In this document: positions 50,212 through 56,535 of the stretch, piece by piece
Layout of the letters: every line of letters starts with the position of its first letter
Position numbering within the stretch: position 1 is the stretch's first letter
NCBI GenBank assembly: GCA_938074745.1
Contig: CALJEJ010000067.1
Location: 1 to 56,535 of the forward strand
Length of the DNA stretch: 56,535 bases
Origin: an uncultured Endomicrobiia bacterium
GTDB taxonomy: Bacteria; Elusimicrobiota; Endomicrobiia; DTEH01
Reading direction: 5' to 3'
Made by a program: the position numbers and the translations under genes
The notes under the pieces: generated by a model
The model's input: only the letters and a program-made list of their open reading frames with translations
Database searches by the model: none
What the model was told of the DNA's origin: nothing

Positions 50212-51084
50212 ATGAAATTAGGTGTACATTGTTCTATAAGACACGGATATAAAAATGCATTATATGAAGCAAAACAGTTACATTGTGATACATTTCAGAT
50301 GTTTACTCATTCACCTCGTGTATGGAAATTTAAATTACCTTCAGAACAGGAAATTTTAGAATTTGTATATGAAAGAGAAAAACTGGGTATAAAACCGTTG
50401 ATAATCCATGTTGCTTATTTACCCAACCCTGCAAGTTCGGATAAGAAAGTTTATGAACAGTCTAAAACTTTGTTACTTACAGAATTTTTTCTTGCAGAAA
50501 AATGTAACGCTGATTATATAATAATTCATCCTGGGAGTTACTCTTCTGGCGCAACACTTCAAGAAGGTATTTCGTTGGTTGTTAAAAGTATAGATTATTG
50601 TTTTGAACAATTGTTTAATTTTAACCCTAACACCAAATTAATGTTATTATTAGAAAATGTTTGTAGTAAGACAAGGAAAATAGGGAAAAATTTCTTTGAA
50701 TTAGCAAGAATTATTGAATTAAGTAAGTTCAGCGAAAATATCGGGGTGTGTATAGATACTGCACATATTCATTCTTCAGGTTATGATTTATCTAGGGAAT
50801 ATGGGTTAGAAAGAATGTTAATGGATTTAAAATATTACATTGGGATAGAAAAGTTGAAAGTTGTTCATTTGAACGATACGAAAACAGTTTCTGGTAGTTG
50901 TATTGACCGTCACGAACATATTGGTAAAGGATATATTGGTATAGAAGGTTTTAGAAGAATAGTTAACCATCCAGTGATCTCAAAGTTGCCAGGAATATTA
51001 GAAACACCGAAAGAAACTTCATTTGGCAAGATTTCACAAAAGGATAAACAGAATCTTTCAATCATAAAAAATTTATTGAAATAA
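50212..51084 (+). CDS. nfo: Endonuclease IV (AP endonuclease 2)
   Basis: GVHCSI, HPG, LEN, CIDTAH, HLND.K, DRHEHIG.G.IG, ILETP. Confidence 0.95.
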   Translation: MKLGVHCSIRHGYKNALYEAKQLHCDTFQMFTHSPRVWKFKLPSEQEILEFVYEREKLGIKPLIIHVAYLPNPASSDKKVYEQSKTLLLTEFFLAEKCNADYIIIHPGSYSSGATLQEGISLVVKSIDYCFEQLFNFNPNTKLMLLLENVCSKTRKIGKNFFELARIIELSKFSENIGVCIDTAHIHSSGYDLSREYGLERMLMDLKYYIGIEKLKVVHLNDTKTVSGSCIDRHEHIGKGYIGIEGFRRIVNHPVISKLPGILETPKETSFGKISQKDKQNLSIIKNLLK

Positions 51085-51089
51085 TTGTT

Positions 51090-51117
51090 TTTAAAATTTA
51101 AAATTTTGTATTATAAT
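51090..51117 (+). promoter_or_regulatory. Possible sigma70 promoter ahead of HD-GYP gene
   Basis: Perfect TATAAT at 51112-51117 with TTTAAA 16 nt upstream; only 4 nt before the ATG. Confidence 0.3.
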
Positions 51118-51121
51118 TTTT

Positions 51122-52216
51122 ATGAGATTAGCGGATATTTTTAAAAAAATTCAACAGGAAAGTTTAGAAAAATCGCATGAAGAAAAAGTTATAGAAGATA
51201 AAACTCAACAAACAAAAACACCCACACCTTCTATAGTAGAAATAGAACGGAAAAAAGAACAAGAAGTTTTACTTATAGAAAAAATTTATGCTGACGCAAT
51301 TTCATACACAAGAACCCTATTTTCTTCATTAGCCCACAAAAAAAACAATATTTCTTTAGAAAACATTTTTGAGGTAATTAAAGGGATAACAACTACAATC
51401 CAACAGTATCCTGATAAGTTATTACTTTATTGTACTTATTCTACACCTGATTCATATATTTATGCTCATAGTGTGAACGTTGCAATATTAACTTCATTAA
51501 TAGGACAAATAAAAAAATTCCCGCAAGAGGAATTGTTTCAACTTACTTTATGTGGTCTGTTACACGATATAGGTATGCTTCGTGTGTTAGATATTGTGAA
51601 CAAACCACAAAAACTTTCTTATGAAGAATACGAGAAGATAAAGAAACATCCGCTATGGACAAAAGAAGAACTTGTTTATTTATCTCTTCCTACAGAATTA
51701 AGAAATCTTTTGAGTGAAATTATTCCCCAGGCCCATGAACGGTTAGACGGTTCAGGTTATCCCTCAGGATTAACTTCACAAGAGATCCATCCTTGGGCAA
51801 AGATAATAAGTATTGCTGATATTTACGAAGCGATGTCTCACCCACGACCATACAGAGATAGGTTCTTAGCACATACTGCAGTAGTAGAACTTATTCGTAT
51901 GGCACAAGGGTTGGTTGATAGTGAAATAACTAAATTATTCGTAGATAGAATATCATTATTCCCTGTTGGCAGTTATGTTAAACTTAGCAGCGGAGATATT
52001 GCAAAAGTTATACAAACGAATATAGGGTTTCCGGTCAGACCTAAGGTTAAGGTTATATTAACTGCAGAAAAAACTGTCCCTGTAACTAATACAGAAATAA
52101 ATCTTGCTAAGGAAAGTAAGATTTATGTCTTAGAACCTCTGGACGAAACTAAACTTGTTGTCCCAGATAAGAGATTGTTACTTCAACTTAAGGCACAACG
52201 TTGGTGGGTAAAGTAA
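51122..52216 (+). CDS. HD-GYP domain protein (putative cyclic di-nucleotide phosphodiesterase)
   Basis: HSVNV, LHDIG, IKKHP, HERLDGSGYP, IADIYEAM..PRPYR, FPVGSYVKL. Confidence 0.92.
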   Translation: MRLADIFKKIQQESLEKSHEEKVIEDKTQQTKTPTPSIVEIERKKEQEVLLIEKIYADAISYTRTLFSSLAHKKNNISLENIFEVIKGITTTIQQYPDKLLLYCTYSTPDSYIYAHSVNVAILTSLIGQIKKFPQEELFQLTLCGLLHDIGMLRVLDIVNKPQKLSYEEYEKIKKHPLWTKEELVYLSLPTELRNLLSEIIPQAHERLDGSGYPSGLTSQEIHPWAKIISIADIYEAMSHPRPYRDRFLAHTAVVELIRMAQGLVDSEITKLFVDRISLFPVGSYVKLSSGDIAKVIQTNIGFPVRPKVKVILTAEKTVPVTNTEINLAKESKIYVLEPLDETKLVVPDKRLLLQLKAQRWWVK

Positions 52217-53070
52217 AAAAGTTGGCTAATATATATTTTTGTTGTATCCCGTCGGAAGTTTATATCAATATATACCCTCCATCACAAAAAATTTCTTTTT
52301 ACATCACGAAAAATTTTAATATATTTTGTATGAATGGGTCTAAAACAATCTCGGCTAAAATAGTTGTCAATCTAAAATTGTATGAAAAAAGTTGCAAGGA
52401 TAAATATCTTTTTGAAAACGGGCAAAAAAGTAAAGAATATACAGAATTTATTAGAGAAGATATTTATTTTAAATACAATTTTGTAAAAAATTTTGCTGAA
52501 GCCAAAATAAACAAAAATGTTTATTCAATTGATTCGGTGTTAAGAATACTATATAGTATTCTGTTGGCAAAAAATTCAGGAATATTATTTCACGCTGCAG
52601 GTATAACAATTGACAACTATGGTTATTTATTTGTTGGTCCTACAGGTTCAGGAAAGTCTACTACTATAAAATGGTTTAGAAAAAATTTTAAAAATTATAA
52701 AAGTTATATTGAACTAAGTGACGAACTTGTTCCTGTGAAGGTTAAAGGTGGGAAAATTTATACTTGGCAAAGTCTGTTTTGGGGTGAACTAAAGAATAAA
52801 ACCGTTTTTCAACAAGGGGATATTTCGATGTTCACATTAAAAAAAATATATTTTTTGTCAGGATTTAATGAAAAAACACAATTAGTTACACCAGTTGGTA
52901 TAAAAGAAACAGTTGAACTGTTATTAAAAAACTTATTTTGGGTGGTAAACTCGCAAATGTTTGCTAACGATATACTTAAAACAGTTACAAATATTGCAAT
53001 GACTGTTCCCGCGTTTAAATTATATCCACCACTTCACAATGATTATAATTTTGTCGAAATATTAAAATGA
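52201..53070 (+). CDS. HPr-kinase-like P-loop protein (RiPP-associated kinase type); start uncertain
   Basis: ILFHAAGI....GYLFVGPTGSGKSTT ... LSDE ... FWGE, the motif order of HprK-related kinases beside PqqD genes. Confidence 0.75.
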   Translation: MVGKVKKLANIYFCCIPSEVYINIYPPSQKISFYITKNFNIFCMNGSKTISAKIVVNLKLYEKSCKDKYLFENGQKSKEYTEFIREDIYFKYNFVKNFAEAKINKNVYSIDSVLRILYSILLAKNSGILFHAAGITIDNYGYLFVGPTGSGKSTTIKWFRKNFKNYKSYIELSDELVPVKVKGGKIYTWQSLFWGELKNKTVFQQGDISMFTLKKIYFLSGFNEKTQLVTPVGIKETVELLLKNLFWVVNSQMFANDILKTVTNIAMTVPAFKLYPPLHNDYNFVEILK

Positions 53071-53330
53071 AATATAAAATTAAACCTAACCTTGCATTTA
53101 GAAAAATTTCTGACGAATATTATATTGTAGATAGCCGAAATTCTATGTTACACAAACTTAACTCTGTAGGAAGTTTAATTTGGGAAGTTTTAAAAAAAGG
53201 TGCTACAGTAAAAGAAATTGTTGAGTTGGTGTATAAAGAATATGAAGTAGAGATAGAAACTTTGACTAAAGATGTAGAAGAGTTTATCACAGAACTAAAA
53301 AATAAATCTTTAATTGAAGAGTATGAATGA
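53067..53330 (+). CDS. PqqD-family RiPP recognition element (stand-alone RRE)
   Basis: 87 aa; LNSVGSLIWEVL...T..EIV.....EYEV......DV.EFI.EL....LI pattern. Confidence 0.92.
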   Translation: MKYKIKPNLAFRKISDEYYIVDSRNSMLHKLNSVGSLIWEVLKKGATVKEIVELVYKEYEVEIETLTKDVEEFITELKNKSLIEEYE

Positions 53331-54354
53331 AGGTTTTAAAAATTTATCAGACGAACTTTTCTGGCAAAGTTATAACAACAGAGTTCCGTTATATTCGTTG
53401 TTAGAAGTTACTTCAAGATGTAATTTTGATTGTATTCATTGTTATATTCCTCAAGAAGTCCGTAGAAAAAACGATGAACTTTCAACAAAAGAAATTATGT
53501 CCTGTTTAGAAGAAATTAAAACTTTAGGCGGGTTGTATACAGTTTTTACAGGTGGTGAACCGTTGTTAAGAGAAGATATTTTTACTCTTCTTGAGTTTGC
53601 TAAAAAATTAAATTTTGTAGTTATACTTTTTACTAACGGAAGTTTGATAAATAAAGAAACAGTTTCTAAAATAATTTCTTGTGGTGTAGATAAAGTTGAA
53701 ATAAGTTTATATGGTAATAAACATTTTCATGAAAAATTTGTCAGAAGGAAAGATGTGTTTTCACAAATTGTTTCTGGGATAAAAATGTTGAAACATAACA
53801 ATATAGATGTTTGTATAAAATCCGTGTTAACAAAATACAACTGGAACCAAAAAAAGTTTTTAGAAAATTTTGCTTATAGTTTAGGTGTGAGATACAAGTT
53901 TGACATAATCTGTACACCTAGAAATAACGGTGATATAATACCAACAACTTTTATCGTTGAAGAAAAAAAGTTGGTCAAACTACTAAAACAATACAATTTA
54001 ACACAGGTGGATATAAAAAAAGATTTTACCACACACATTTTGTGTTCTGCTGGGAGGAACATTGTCGCAGTTTCATCCCGTGGTGAAGTGTATCCTTGTA
54101 TTCAATTTCCATATTTTTTAGGGTCAATAAAGAAAGAAAAATTTGTAAAAATATGGCGAAGAAGTTTTTCTATAGTAGAAAAATTAGAGGAAACAAAACA
54201 ATATCAACAATGTTTAAATTGTGATATTCTTCAATACTGTCGTCGTTGTCCGGGAATAAGTTTTATACAAACACGGACATTATACGGTTGTGATACAGTT
54301 GCAAAACTGTTGGCTTGCGTAACAAGAAAAACTGTTGAAAAAACAGCCGTGTGA
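53323..54354 (+). CDS. Radical SAM/SPASM peptide maturase (ATG 53323 preferred over TTG 53314)
   Basis: CNFDCIHC, TGGEPLL, TNG; SPASM CSAG..VSSRGEVYPC and CLNCDILQYCRRCPG...YGC. Confidence 0.93.
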   Translation: MNEGFKNLSDELFWQSYNNRVPLYSLLEVTSRCNFDCIHCYIPQEVRRKNDELSTKEIMSCLEEIKTLGGLYTVFTGGEPLLREDIFTLLEFAKKLNFVVILFTNGSLINKETVSKIISCGVDKVEISLYGNKHFHEKFVRRKDVFSQIVSGIKMLKHNNIDVCIKSVLTKYNWNQKKFLENFAYSLGVRYKFDIICTPRNNGDIIPTTFIVEEKKLVKLLKQYNLTQVDIKKDFTTHILCSAGRNIVAVSSRGEVYPCIQFPYFLGSIKKEKFVKIWRRSFSIVEKLEETKQYQQCLNCDILQYCRRCPGISFIQTRTLYGCDTVAKLLACVTRKTVEKTAV

Positions 54355-54369
54355 TAAATATCACATTTG

Positions 54370-54399
54370 TTGACTGGTTAAGTCCAAATTTTGTATTTA
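54370..54399 (+). promoter_or_regulatory. Weak promoter candidate upstream of precursor peptide gene
   Basis: TTGACT (54370-54375), 18 nt, TATTTA (54394-54399), 7 nt before ATG 54407. Confidence 0.25.
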
Positions 54400-54406
54400 T
54401 TTTACT

Positions 54407-54562
54407 ATGAAAAAAGAAGATAAAAAAAAGAAAAAGAAGTACCAGAAACCTACAGTTGTTTCAGAAAAAATTTTTGAACAAGCAGCGCTTGCCTGCGGGA
54501 AATGTATTTCTGGCAATCCTGTGTTTAAAGGCGGCTGTGTATATGTCCCCAGGTTGTCATAA
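54407..54562 (+). CDS. Putative RiPP precursor peptide, 51 aa; not in ORF track
   Basis: Own translation MKKEDKKKKKKYQKPTVVSEKIFEQAALACGKCISGNPVFKGGCVYVPRLS*; fills the gap between rSAM and peptidase; YxxP leader motif; Cys-rich C-terminal part. Confidence 0.88.
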   Translation: MKKEDKKKKKKYQKPTVVSEKIFEQAALACGKCISGNPVFKGGCVYVPRLS

Positions 54563-54617
54563 TAACAGTTCTATTTTTTTATAGATTAAGTTTCTGGGGA
54601 TAGGTCATTTAGAGTTT

Positions 54618-54959
54618 ATGAAAATCGTGGTGGTAAAACTTGCCGGTGGTTGTATGCGACCATTGTTAAGAAATGGTCAAACAGTGTTAATTATTCCTCC
54701 ACGCAAAAAGTTGTATCTCGGCGATTTGGTTTTATACAAAATTGCTGAACAGTTGTTCCTTCACAGAGTGGTTAAACTTTCCTCACAAAGTGTAGTTGTT
54801 AATGACGACTGTGGTATTACTTCCTATATTACAGTTCCATTAAAAGATGTGATAGGTATATGTCCAACTATTTTATCCGGTTTTTTAGGATACATATATC
54901 ACATTTTTATAAGAACAATCTATACAACTTTCAGATGGATAAAAAAATTGTTGCTATAG
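54618..54959 (+). CDS. S24/S26-fold peptidase-like protein with Cys at the nucleophile position
   Basis: GGCMRPLL..GQTV, LGDLVLY, LHRVV, VIG matches the GxSMxP / GD / HR pattern with S->C. Confidence 0.78.
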   Translation: MKIVVVKLAGGCMRPLLRNGQTVLIIPPRKKLYLGDLVLYKIAEQLFLHRVVKLSSQSVVVNDDCGITSYITVPLKDVIGICPTILSGFLGYIYHIFIRTIYTTFRWIKKLLL

Positions 54960-54984
54960 TTAATTTGCAAAAAGTATAGTTTTT

Positions 54985-55821
54985 ATGGAACAAAAATTGT
55001 CGTATCTATCCTATTGGGGACTTAAAGAATTACCGTTTTCTACAACACCTGATGTAAGATATTTTTATTTTTCAAAAGAACATGAAGAAGCGTTCGTCAG
55101 ACTTAAATTTGTGATAGAACACAAAAAACCTTTGTGTATGATAACAGGCGAGTATGGCAGTGGCAAGACACTTCTTTGCAATTTCCTTATCTCCAAACTT
55201 TCTTTGAACAATTACCAGTTTGTATATTTAGGCAACCCGTTTGTCCCTCAGGAAGAACTAGTACACAATTTAGTTTTGTTTTTAACCCGAGTAGGTGGGG
55301 GGGGTATAGAGAAACTTCCAACTAAATATACAGAGTTGGTGCAGTTGTTTGTTGAAATAGTAAATCGTAACTTCCAAATTGGTAAACATACAGTGATATT
55401 TTTTGACGAAGCACACCTTGTTGAAGATATAAAAGTTTTTGAACAACTCCGAGTTTTGTTAAACAGTGCAGGTCAAAATACGTCTTCTTTAAGTATAATT
55501 TTGTTAGGACAAACAGAGTTAAGAGAAAAGATTGCTTCTTTAGGACAGTTTAAGTCAAGAATTACATATCATTACCATATAAAAAATCTTGATAAAGAAG
55601 AGGTGGCAGAATATATAAAACACAGGTTACTTGTAGCAGGCCATCCTACGGGCGAGTTGTTTTGCAAGTTCGCAGTGGAAGAAATTTATAATCTAACTTT
55701 GGGTTTGCCAAGGACAATAAATAATATATGTGATGTAAGTTTAATGCTTGGTATGGCTAAAGGTGTGGAGAAAATTCATAAAGAAATAGTGGTGGAAGCG
55801 AAAGAAGAAGTGATGTTGTGA
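54985..55821 (+). CDS. ExeA/GspA/MshM-family AAA ATPase
   Basis: Y..YWGLKELPFSTTPD..Y.Y....H.EA, ITGEYGSGKTLL, FDEAH, LLGQTEL, T.GLPRTIN.ICD. Confidence 0.9.
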   Translation: MEQKLSYLSYWGLKELPFSTTPDVRYFYFSKEHEEAFVRLKFVIEHKKPLCMITGEYGSGKTLLCNFLISKLSLNNYQFVYLGNPFVPQEELVHNLVLFLTRVGGGGIEKLPTKYTELVQLFVEIVNRNFQIGKHTVIFFDEAHLVEDIKVFEQLRVLLNSAGQNTSSLSIILLGQTELREKIASLGQFKSRITYHYHIKNLDKEEVAEYIKHRLLVAGHPTGELFCKFAVEEIYNLTLGLPRTINNICDVSLMLGMAKGVEKIHKEIVVEAKEEVML

Positions 55822-55825
55822 AAAT

Positions 55826-55906
55826 ATAGTTTCAAAAGTTTCAGAAGTTTCAATAGTTTCAAAAGTTTCAGGAGTTTCAATAGTTTCAGAAGTTACAAAA
55901 GTTTCA
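55826..55906 (+). repeat. Tandem array of nine 9-bp units, consensus (A/G)(A/T/G)AGTTTCA, with loose 27-bp superperiod
   Basis: atagtttca aaagtttca gaagtttca atagtttca aaagtttca ggagtttca atagtttca gaagttaca aaagtttca, read directly. Confidence 0.97.
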
Positions 55907-55920
55907 AGGGGGAAAGGAAG

Positions 55921-56451
55921 GTGAAGATTGAGAAGTTTGAGGATATAATTGCTTGGCAAAAAACGAGAGAACTTGTTAAAGAAATTTATAGGATAACGAA
56001 GAATGAAGAATTTTCAAAAGATTATTCTTTAAAAGACCAGATACAACGTGCAAGTGTTTCTATTATGTCAAACATAGCAGAGGGGTATGAACGTGGGACG
56101 AAAGAAGAGTTGATACAATTTTTATACATTGCTCGTGGCTCGTGTGGTGAAGTAAGAAGCCAGTTATATATTGCTTATGACCTAAATTATATAAGTTTGC
56201 AAGAGTTTCAAAAGTTGCAAAAGTTAGCGATAGAGGTTTCAAGGTTAATTTATCATTTTATTGAATACTTAAAAGGAGCAAGGATTAGAGGACAGAAGTT
56301 TAGAAAACCTAAAGTGAAAAGTTTCAGAGAGGAAATAGAAGAATTATTAAAAACTTATACAACTTCTGAAACTCCTGAAACTATTGAAACTTCTGAAACT
56401 CCTGAAACTAATCAAATTAACGAGAACAATGACGGAACTAAGCAACTTTGA
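55921..56451 (+). CDS. Four-helix-bundle protein (Avd / 23S-IVS-protein-like) with repeat-derived C-terminal tail
   Basis: FEDIIAWQK, F.KDYSLKDQIQRASVSIMSNIAEGYER, F..IARGSCGEVRSQL; purine-rich SD AGGGGGAAAGGAAG before GTG. Confidence 0.93.
   Translation: MKIEKFEDIIAWQKTRELVKEIYRITKNEEFSKDYSLKDQIQRASVSIMSNIAEGYERGTKEELIQFLYIARGSCGEVRSQLYIAYDLNYISLQEFQKLQKLAIEVSRLIYHFIEYLKGARIRGQKFRKPKVKSFREEIEELLKTYTTSETPETIETSETPETNQINENNDGTKQL
56361..56411 (-). repeat. Inverted copy of the 9-bp array (five full units plus a partial) inside the four-helix-bundle ORF
   Basis: aacttc tgaaactcc tgaaactat tgaaacttc tgaaactcc tgaaactaa is the reverse complement of the NNAGTTTCA units; encodes TSETPETIETSETPET. 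Confidence 0.95.
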
Positions 56452-56455
56452 ATTG

Positions 56456-56524
56456 AAAGTTACAAAAGTTACAAAAGTTTCAAAAGTTTCAATAGTTACA
56501 ATAGTTTCAATAGTTTCAAAAGTT
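56456..56524 (+). repeat. Downstream direct array of seven 9-bp units plus a partial
   Basis: aaagttaca aaagttaca aaagtttca aaagtttca atagttaca atagtttca atagtttca aaagtt. Confidence 0.97.
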
Positions 56525-56535
56525 AGGGCACTGTT

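Noticed and set aside
53067-54562. PQQ biosynthesis (pqqA/D/E)
   Set aside because: The peptide lacks the ExxxY motif and there is no pqqB or pqqC; PqqD here is a generic RRE.
52201-54959. Lasso peptide cluster
   Set aside because: No asparagine-synthetase-like cyclase or transglutaminase-like B2 protease; the core has no Asp/Glu for a macrolactam.
55741-55959. Minus-strand 72-aa ORF containing TSETIETPETFETIETSET
   Set aside because: It is the antisense reading of the 9-bp array, which is stop-free in that phase; it overlaps two real genes and has no other coding signal.
55921-56451. Diversity-generating retroelement (Avd) or 23S rRNA intervening sequence
   Set aside because: No reverse transcriptase or TR/VR pair with adenine-specific mismatches is visible, and the flanks are not rRNA; a DGR beyond the window edge cannot be excluded.
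55826-56524. CRISPR array
   Set aside because: Units are 9 bp and contiguous with no unique spacers; no cas genes in the window.

Overview
AT-rich (roughly 30% GC by eye), densely packed bacterial chromosome segment read in genetic code 11. Gene content (AMIN-amidase, predicted outer-membrane barrel, PilT, ExeA, Vor-type oxidoreductase, Re-citrate synthase, DUF1844) suggests an anaerobic diderm, possibly Elusimicrobiota (inference only). It runs from the end of tuf through rpmG, tRNA-Trp, secE, nusG, rplK and rplA, then a short minus-strand block (hisG-gltX-DUF1844-tRNA-Gln), then about 48 kb of roughly 55 co-oriented mostly housekeeping genes (gatA, accA, gap-pgk-secG, murI, queD/C/E/F, murC-murB-ddl-ftsQAZ, pheA-hisC, argF, cinA, nadK-recN, vor, dinG, nfo). 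Two accessory systems stand out at the right end. (1) A compact RiPP-like cluster at 52.2-55.0 kb: HPr-kinase-like P-loop protein, PqqD/RRE, radical SAM/SPASM enzyme, an unlisted 51-aa precursor (YxKP leader, A-L-A site before a 22-aa core with three Cys and a terminal Ser) and an S24/S26-fold peptidase with Cys in place of the catalytic Ser. (2) A four-helix-bundle (Avd/IVS-like) gene embedded in direct and inverted, codon-phase-locked 9-bp tandem repeat arrays at 55.8-56.5 kb. A SpoIID/LytB gene appears broken by an internal, probably microhomology-mediated deletion.
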